This document shows, piece after piece, positions 57,304 to 64,000 of a stretch of DNA of 64,000 nt. How positions within the stretch are numbered: position 1 is the stretch's first letter; each line of letters starts with the position of its first letter. This DNA is from an uncultured Clostridia bacterium. Its GTDB lineage: Bacteria; Bacillota; Clostridia; TANB77; CAG-508. Under the pieces are notes generated by a model. The model worked only from the letters and a program-made list of their open reading frames with translations, was not told the origin of the DNA and did not search any database. The position numbers and the translations under genes are program-made. The DNA lies in the NCBI GenBank assembly GCA_934133175.1, contig CAKPAX010000005.1, forward strand, positions 4,450 through 68,449, read 5' to 3'.

Positions 57304-58443
57304 ATGGGATTAATTAAAGCAGCAGTAGGTGCAGTAAGTAGCACACTACATGATCAATGGAAGGAAGCAATTAGATGCGAAGATATGTCAAATGACGTAT
57401 TAATGGTAAAAAAAACAACACCTAATGGGGTTATATCAAATAAAAGTACAGTTATAGTAGCACCAGGACAATGTGCTATTATATATGATAATGGTAGAGT
57501 TATAGATGCAACAGCAGAAGAAGGTGTTTATACATTTGATGATTCATCAACACCATCATTCTTTGCAGGACAATTTGGAGACGTATTTAAAGAAATGTGG
57601 CAAAGATTTACATATAATGGTGCAACAGCAAAACAACAAGCTGTATTCTTCTTTAATATTAAAGAAATAGTTGATAATAAATTTGGAACACCAGCACCAA
57701 TACCATTTCAAGATTGGTCACATCCAATACCAAATCAAATGACAGGAACAATAACACCACTAAGAGTTGAAGTTAAATGCTTTGGTAAATATACATTTAA
57801 AGTTTCAAATCCAGCAGTATTTATGAGTGAAATGGCAGGAACATCTGAAGTATACAGAAAAGAAATGGTAGTAGAACAAATAAGAACAGAAGTTATTAGT
57901 TCATTCCAAAACGTATTAAATGAATTAGGAAATTCTGAACATAAAGTTCCAGTTCTAGAGTTACCAAGTCAAACAGATGAAATAAAAGCAATGATGGATG
58001 AAAAAGTATTTGATGAGCAAATTAGAAGAAGAGGACTTTCTTTAGTAGGATTTGCTGTTGAATCAGTAACATTAGATGAAGAGTCAGAAAAGAAAATAGA
58101 CGATTACGAATTAAGTTCAAATGCAAATATGCAACAAGGAAGACTTGTTGGTGCATATGCAGATGCAGTTAAAGATGCTGCAAATAATAGTAATGGTGCT
58201 GCAAATGGTTTCATGGGAATTGGAATGATGAATATGGCATCTGGAGGAATGATGGGAGGAGTAACACAAGGACCTTGGCAAAATAATGGTCAACAACCAG
58301 TACAACAACCAGTTCAACCAACAGCTCAACAAGAAACTCAACCAGTACAAGAAGGGAAAAAGGCTAAATTTTGTTCAGAATGCGGAGCAAAAGTAGAAGA
58401 AAATGCTAAATTTTGTCCAGAATGTGGAAATAAATTACAATAA
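57304..58443 (+). CDS. SPFH-domain protein of the YdjI / virion-core-protein-like type with a C-terminal double zinc ribbon
   Basis: 379 aa. The N-terminus MGLIKAAVGAVSSTLHDQWKEAIRC and the following block (VIVAPGQCAIIYDNGRVID...FFFNIKEI..NKFGT) are typical of COG4260-type SPFH proteins. A Gln/Pro-rich linker leads to CSECGAKVEENAKFCPECGNKL. Confidence 0.75.
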   Translation: MGLIKAAVGAVSSTLHDQWKEAIRCEDMSNDVLMVKKTTPNGVISNKSTVIVAPGQCAIIYDNGRVIDATAEEGVYTFDDSSTPSFFAGQFGDVFKEMWQRFTYNGATAKQQAVFFFNIKEIVDNKFGTPAPIPFQDWSHPIPNQMTGTITPLRVEVKCFGKYTFKVSNPAVFMSEMAGTSEVYRKEMVVEQIRTEVISSFQNVLNELGNSEHKVPVLELPSQTDEIKAMMDEKVFDEQIRRRGLSLVGFAVESVTLDEESEKKIDDYELSSNANMQQGRLVGAYADAVKDAANNSNGAANGFMGIGMMNMASGGMMGGVTQGPWQNNGQQPVQQPVQPTAQQETQPVQEGKKAKFCSECGAKVEENAKFCPECGNKLQ

Positions 58444-58456
58444 AATATAAAAATTA

Positions 58457-58500
58457 AAGATTCTCTATAAAATTATTGTTTAATAGAGAATCTTGTTTTA
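58457..58500 (+). terminator. terminator after the SPFH gene
   Basis: An AAGATTCTCTAT / ATAGAGAATCTT stem is followed by a T-rich tract. Confidence 0.65.
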
Positions 58501-58609
58501 TTTTACGAAAATATTACAGTTGTATTACAGTATGTTATAAATTATTGACACTAAATATATGAAATGATATAAATAATAATATATAAAAACAAAAGAGGAG
58601 GATTTATCA

Positions 58610-60544
58610 ATGAAAAGTAATACTAACAAAGGTATAACTTTAATTGCTCTTGTAATAACAATAATAATTTTATTGATATTAGCAGGAGTAACCATAGCAA
58701 TGTTAACAGGAGAAAATGGTATATTAAATCAAAGTCAAAAAGCAACAATAGAAACATACCATGGAACTGTAAAAGATCAAGTAATACTAGGAGTAAATCA
58801 ATATCATGTTGATAAAAATACAACTGGTGTTAGTGAAGATGTAGTTGCGTATTTAGTATCAAATGGATATGCAAAACAAGTAACAGGTCAAGAATATTAT
58901 AGAGTAAGTGTAGAATCTGTTGCCAAAAATATAAAAACAGGAAAAGGAGCAACTAAAGATGATGGAGACATATATGTAATAGAAGAATATAAATCATCAA
59001 GTGCAAATTCAGTAAGAATAGCATCTACATCAAAAGCAGATGTACAAAGTAGCATAAAAGTTGCAGATGAATCAGCTGGAAGTACAAAACAATATGTTTT
59101 AAGATATTATGATAAATCAGGTAATACAAAAGATTTATTATACTTGTCTGGAAATGGTAGTTATGTAGATCCAAATCCAGGTGGAGACGATTCAGATGGA
59201 GATAATACTGGTGGAGATGATAACCCAGGCACAAAACCAGAAAATGACGATAAGCCAGGAATAAATTCAGCAAAGGATAAAGATACAGAAAAACCTGAAG
59301 ATGAAGATGAAGATGATGACACAAAAATACCAGAAATAACAAAGGTTGCAAAAGAAATAAAATGTATAGAAGATTTAATAGATGTTGCTGTTGATGTTAA
59401 TTTAAAAGGAAAAAGCTATGAAAATGAAAAAATAGTATTAACAAAAAGTTTAGATTTTACAAACAAATCTGATTATAGGGATCCAGATCATTATTATAGT
59501 TATAATGGAGAAAATACAGAATATTATTCACTAGATTCATTAAATCAAGTTACAACATCAGGTGGAACGACAGTAGCTGATGCTGATACAACAAATGATA
59601 CATATCCACCATCAGCAAATGTATATGATGAATTGCAAGTATCAAGTGGTTTCCCAGCACCAGGATTTTATCAAATAGGAGATACAGAAGAAAATCCATT
59701 TAAAGGTGTATTTGATGGTCAAGGTAATACAATAAGTAATATGGCAATTACATCAAACAAAATATATAATCAAGGAAATCATGCAAGAAATATTATAGGA
59801 ATGTTTGGATATAATTCTGGATATGTATATAATTTAAATCTTACTTTAGCAGACATGAAATTATATGATTCAGTTCCAATTGGTATTTTAGTAGGATATA
59901 ATAATGGAGTAATAAAAGAATGTAGTGTTAATGCAGAATTAAATTTAAATCAAGCACCGCCTACTACATTTGCAGTTATTTCAGCAATGAACACAGGAAA
60001 AATTAATAAATGTAAAACTTTAGGAACATATACATTTGGTAATCAGCCAACAGATTTTGGAGTGGTAACTACAACCAATACGGGATCCATAACTAACTGT
60101 AATATTGAAGGAACATACAACTTAAGTAATTCACCAACTAATTTTAGTATTGTTTCAACAACAAATGAAGGAAAAATAAGAAAATGTGAAATAAATCCAA
60201 CCGTAAATATAACTGATAAAAGTAGCTATCCAAAGAAATTTTCTATAGTAGCAAATAATAATTCTGGACAAATATATAAATGCAATATTGCTGGTGAATA
60301 TAGTCTAGTAGCTGGTACAACTGATAATATTGGGATTTTAGCATTAACAAATGAAAAAAATGGAATTATATTTTCATGTGATATAAAAGGAAAATTCCCA
60401 AGTTTTAATGGAAGTATACCATATTTTGGAGTAGTTTCAGCTGTAAATCTTGGTAAAATCAAACACTGCGTTGTCGAAAGTGATATTGAATATGGATTTT
60501 TACGGAGGAGTTACAAACTTTGGAGGATTAGTTGGAAGAAATGA
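58610..60544 (+). CDS. giant surface protein, N-terminal part: pilin-like N-terminus, acidic linker, start of a beta-helix repeat region
   Basis: The N-terminus is MKSNTNKG-ITLIALVITIIILLILAGVTIAMLTGENGILNQSQKA. An acidic Asp/Gly/Pro linker lies around residues 190-235. This is followed by repeats of the type KCxI.G.Y. The frame ends at 60544, after an apparent frameshift in the T5 run at 60497-60501. Confidence 0.75.
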   Translation: MKSNTNKGITLIALVITIIILLILAGVTIAMLTGENGILNQSQKATIETYHGTVKDQVILGVNQYHVDKNTTGVSEDVVAYLVSNGYAKQVTGQEYYRVSVESVAKNIKTGKGATKDDGDIYVIEEYKSSSANSVRIASTSKADVQSSIKVADESAGSTKQYVLRYYDKSGNTKDLLYLSGNGSYVDPNPGGDDSDGDNTGGDDNPGTKPENDDKPGINSAKDKDTEKPEDEDEDDDTKIPEITKVAKEIKCIEDLIDVAVDVNLKGKSYENEKIVLTKSLDFTNKSDYRDPDHYYSYNGENTEYYSLDSLNQVTTSGGTTVADADTTNDTYPPSANVYDELQVSSGFPAPGFYQIGDTEENPFKGVFDGQGNTISNMAITSNKIYNQGNHARNIIGMFGYNSGYVYNLNLTLADMKLYDSVPIGILVGYNNGVIKECSVNAELNLNQAPPTTFAVISAMNTGKINKCKTLGTYTFGNQPTDFGVVTTTNTGSITNCNIEGTYNLSNSPTNFSIVSTTNEGKIRKCEINPTVNITDKSSYPKKFSIVANNNSGQIYKCNIAGEYSLVAGTTDNIGILALTNEKNGIIFSCDIKGKFPSFNGSIPYFGVVSAVNLGKIKHCVVESDIEYGFLRRSYKLWRISWKK

Positions 60545-62201
60545 AGGAACTGTGGCTTGTTGTGAAAATTATTATAGTAATAGTGGTATGAATGTTCAAA
60601 CTTGTGCAGGTGGAATTGTTGCAGAAAATGATGGTACAGTAGCCAATTGTATAAATTATGGTGGATTCAATGTTACAACAGGAGCAAATTTAGGCGGAAT
60701 AATAGGTAAAAATAATAGTACAGCAACAGTTGAAGATTGTAATAATGGTCAAAAAGATGCAGAAAATCCTGTAATATCAGGAAGTTCTACAGTTTCTGGA
60801 ATAGCCGGAATTATAGGAGCTACAGGTGCAGCAGATGAATTTACAATAAAAAATTGTTATAATTATATGAATATAAATGGAAATTATTCAGCTGGTATTA
60901 TAAACGAAACAGGATTAATAAATACAATAAATATAATGGATTGCGAAAACTATGGTGAAATAAAAGCTGGAAATGGAGCAGCTGGAATTGCATTAACTAA
61001 TAATTTAAATGGTGGTTCAGGAACATTGTTTAATATAAATAAATGTACAAATAATGGAAATGTAAATGGAGGCTATACAACATGTGGAGGAATAGTTGCA
61101 AGGTTGGAATATTATAATGAAGTAACAATATCAAATTGTGTGAACAATGGACAAGTAACTCAAGATACCAATTATAGTGGAGGGATTGTAGGAAGAATAG
61201 AAAGTAATAAAATAACAATTAGTAAATGTCAAAATAATGGTGCTATAAATGCAGGACAAGAAACAGGTGGAATATTAGGAGAAGTAAACGGACCAATAAA
61301 AATAGAAAATTGTAAAAATACAGGAAAAATAAATGAAAAAATATCATCTAATGGTATTGGAGGAATAGTTGGTTATTGTAAAAGTACTGTAACTATAAGT
61401 GGATGTGAAAATACAGAACTAGTTAATGGATACTGGGGAGTTGGAGGAATTTTAGGATGGCCATGTGCAAGTTTTGAAGTTCAAAATTCTAAAAATTCTG
61501 GAAGTGTAAAAGGTTCATATGAAGATGCAGCAGGTATTGTAGGATATACAAATAGCAGTTCAGGAAGTACGGGAAATGTTTTTGGATGTATAAATACTGG
61601 AGAAATAAGTGGAAAAGCCAGATTGGCTGGAATAGTAGGAGTAAATAATATAGATAGTAACCTTACAATTCAAAATTGTATAAATGAAGGAAATATTACA
61701 GGTTCTACTGATGATATATCTGGAATATGTGGATATATGAAGGGAGCTAAAATATATAATTGTGGTAATAAAGGTGCTATATCTGGTAAATATGCTGCAG
61801 GTATAGGTGGTCATTTTGAGAATGGAGAAATTATAAATTGTTTTAATACTGGTAGTATAGCTGGAACAACATCTAACTTTGGTGGAGGAATTGCTGGTTT
61901 TGGTACCTCAGGTTTAATAAAGAATTGCTATAATGCTTCTACAGACATAACAAATGGTGGAGGTATAATATCTTGTGGAGGAGATAGCTTTAAATTAGAA
62001 AATGTATATAATATATCAGGAATAAATGCAATGGTAACTAATTATACAGGAATGACTCTAACACAAACTGTTACAACAATGGGAGAAACTGATATGAAGG
62101 CAGAAAGTTTTGTAACAACATTAAACAATAATAAAGAAAATTATTCTTCTTGGAAACAAGATACATCAACTACAAATAAAGGATATCCAATATTTGAATA
62201 A
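60450..62201 (+). CDS. giant surface protein, C-terminal part: GLUG-motif / parallel beta-helix repeats
   Basis: There are more than 15 repeats of about 25-30 aa centred on G-G-I-[VIA]-G (GGIVAENDG, GGIIGKNNS, GGIVGRIES, GGILGEVNG, AGIVGYTNS ...), each preceded by NC.N.G. The C-terminal ...MKAESFVTTLNNNKENYSSWKQDTSTTNKGYPIFE is typical of GLUG-type proteins. It continues the 58610 ORF in another frame. Confidence 0.75.
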   Translation: MVKSNTALSKVILNMDFYGGVTNFGGLVGRNEGTVACCENYYSNSGMNVQTCAGGIVAENDGTVANCINYGGFNVTTGANLGGIIGKNNSTATVEDCNNGQKDAENPVISGSSTVSGIAGIIGATGAADEFTIKNCYNYMNINGNYSAGIINETGLINTINIMDCENYGEIKAGNGAAGIALTNNLNGGSGTLFNINKCTNNGNVNGGYTTCGGIVARLEYYNEVTISNCVNNGQVTQDTNYSGGIVGRIESNKITISKCQNNGAINAGQETGGILGEVNGPIKIENCKNTGKINEKISSNGIGGIVGYCKSTVTISGCENTELVNGYWGVGGILGWPCASFEVQNSKNSGSVKGSYEDAAGIVGYTNSSSGSTGNVFGCINTGEISGKARLAGIVGVNNIDSNLTIQNCINEGNITGSTDDISGICGYMKGAKIYNCGNKGAISGKYAAGIGGHFENGEIINCFNTGSIAGTTSNFGGGIAGFGTSGLIKNCYNASTDITNGGGIISCGGDSFKLENVYNISGINAMVTNYTGMTLTQTVTTMGETDMKAESFVTTLNNNKENYSSWKQDTSTTNKGYPIFE

Positions 62202-62207
62202 CAAAAT

Positions 62208-62242
62208 AAAAAAGTAGTGAAATATTATTTCGCTACTTTTTT
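62208..62242. terminator. bidirectional terminator
   Basis: An AGTAGTGAAAT-att-ATTTCGCTACT stem is flanked by A5 and T5 runs. Confidence 0.7.
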
Positions 62243-62261
62243 ATAGTATATAAATTACTGA

Positions 62262-62705
62262 TTACCTAAGAGGCTCATCTTCTTCAAGACAACTTTCAAC
62301 TAAAGAATTTTCTATATTCTCAGATAAAATAGTATTAATAAAAAGTTGTCTATCCATACAAACAGTAACAAATTTATTATCTTCTTTATTTTTTTCCATT
62401 AGACGATTTAATATATCTACTATCCTTTTAGAAAGAATAGTATTAGCAACTTGATCATATATGCTTGGGTCTGATTTTAATCTGTTAGGATGTATTAAAT
62501 TTCGCTTTATATTATGTTCTGTCAAAGAAAAATTCTTACTAAATAATAAACTTATAGTTTTCTTTTTATATGATATAGTATCTAGGACTTTGTTTAAAAA
62601 CTCTTTTGTCACTAAATCAGCATTTTCAGTATCTATATTTAAGTTTTTATCTAATTCATTAAATATAATAGTATCAATTTCTTTTTCGCTTTTATAATTA
62701 ATCAT
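62262..62705 (-). CDS. hypothetical 147-aa cytoplasmic protein
   Basis: Clean ORF with a ggaggga-like RBS (tatggagggaaattATG). No recognisable motifs. Confidence 0.45.
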   Translation of the reverse strand: MINYKSEKEIDTIIFNELDKNLNIDTENADLVTKEFLNKVLDTISYKKKTISLLFSKNFSLTEHNIKRNLIHPNRLKSDPSIYDQVANTILSKRIVDILNRLMEKNKEDNKFVTVCMDRQLFINTILSENIENSLVESCLEEDEPLR

Positions 62706-62957
62706 AATTTCCCTCCATAAAGTTTATAAATAATTGTATTATAGTATATAATTTTATATTTAAATATTTTGTCGAAAATAGTAGATTAAATAATTTATTT
62801 TTTATTTTATACTTTTTTTTAGTATAATGCAAGTAAAGTCATAATATAGTCAAAAAAGGCATATATATTAATGTGTATATAAAAGCTTGTACTAGAAATG
62901 TGAATATTATGTGAAAAATAAAAAAATAGTATTGACTTTTTCAAAAATAGGGTATAA

Positions 62958-63293
<336 letters not shown>

Positions 63294-63316
63294 TAAATAA
63301 AAAGAAAGGATTGTGA

Positions 63317-64000
<684 letters not shown>

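Overview
About 64 kb of a very AT-rich chromosome, judged by eye to be well under 30% GC (not computed). It looks like a low-GC Firmicutes or Clostridia-type endospore former: spoVB-like, sigK, ylbJ-like, sleB-like and sspH-like genes are all present. Most of the window is housekeeping. In order it carries: dapA and asd; cmk-plsC-rpsA-typA; a trmR-like and a trhP-like tRNA modification gene; the ctsR-mcsA-mcsB-clpC stress operon with its CtsR box; an nfeD-SPFH pair; murB, a yvcK-like gene, a glycogen debranching enzyme and holA; yqeG, a prepilin peptidase, pepP and efp; tRNA-Trp; a glycine T-box leader with glyQS; split transketolase; ftsEX with two EnvC-like M23 genes and ctpA; pgsA, greA, deoD and pyrG; and CIRCE-groES-groEL (groEL runs off the 3' end). 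No rRNA, CRISPR array, transposase or integrase was seen. Observations worth a second look: (1) a 143-nt highly structured element is present twice with a single mismatch, and one copy supplies the last codons of asd. (2) Three proteins share a pilin-like N-terminal module, two of them large BspA-LRR and GLUG beta-helix surface proteins, and an orphan A24 prepilin peptidase is also present. (3) A stand-alone RelA/SpoT-type small alarmone synthetase gene has atypical composition, a consensus promoter with an embedded palindrome, and no partner gene. (4) sigK has its pro-sequence in a different frame from its body. (5) A three-gene Tim44-like/zinc-ribbon plus SPFH/zinc-ribbon membrane module lacks a pspA gene. 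(6) There is a probable 6S RNA, plus several unannotated small ORFs including an sspH-like gene and a 54-aa very basic protein. All family assignments rest on motif recognition by eye; no database search was possible.
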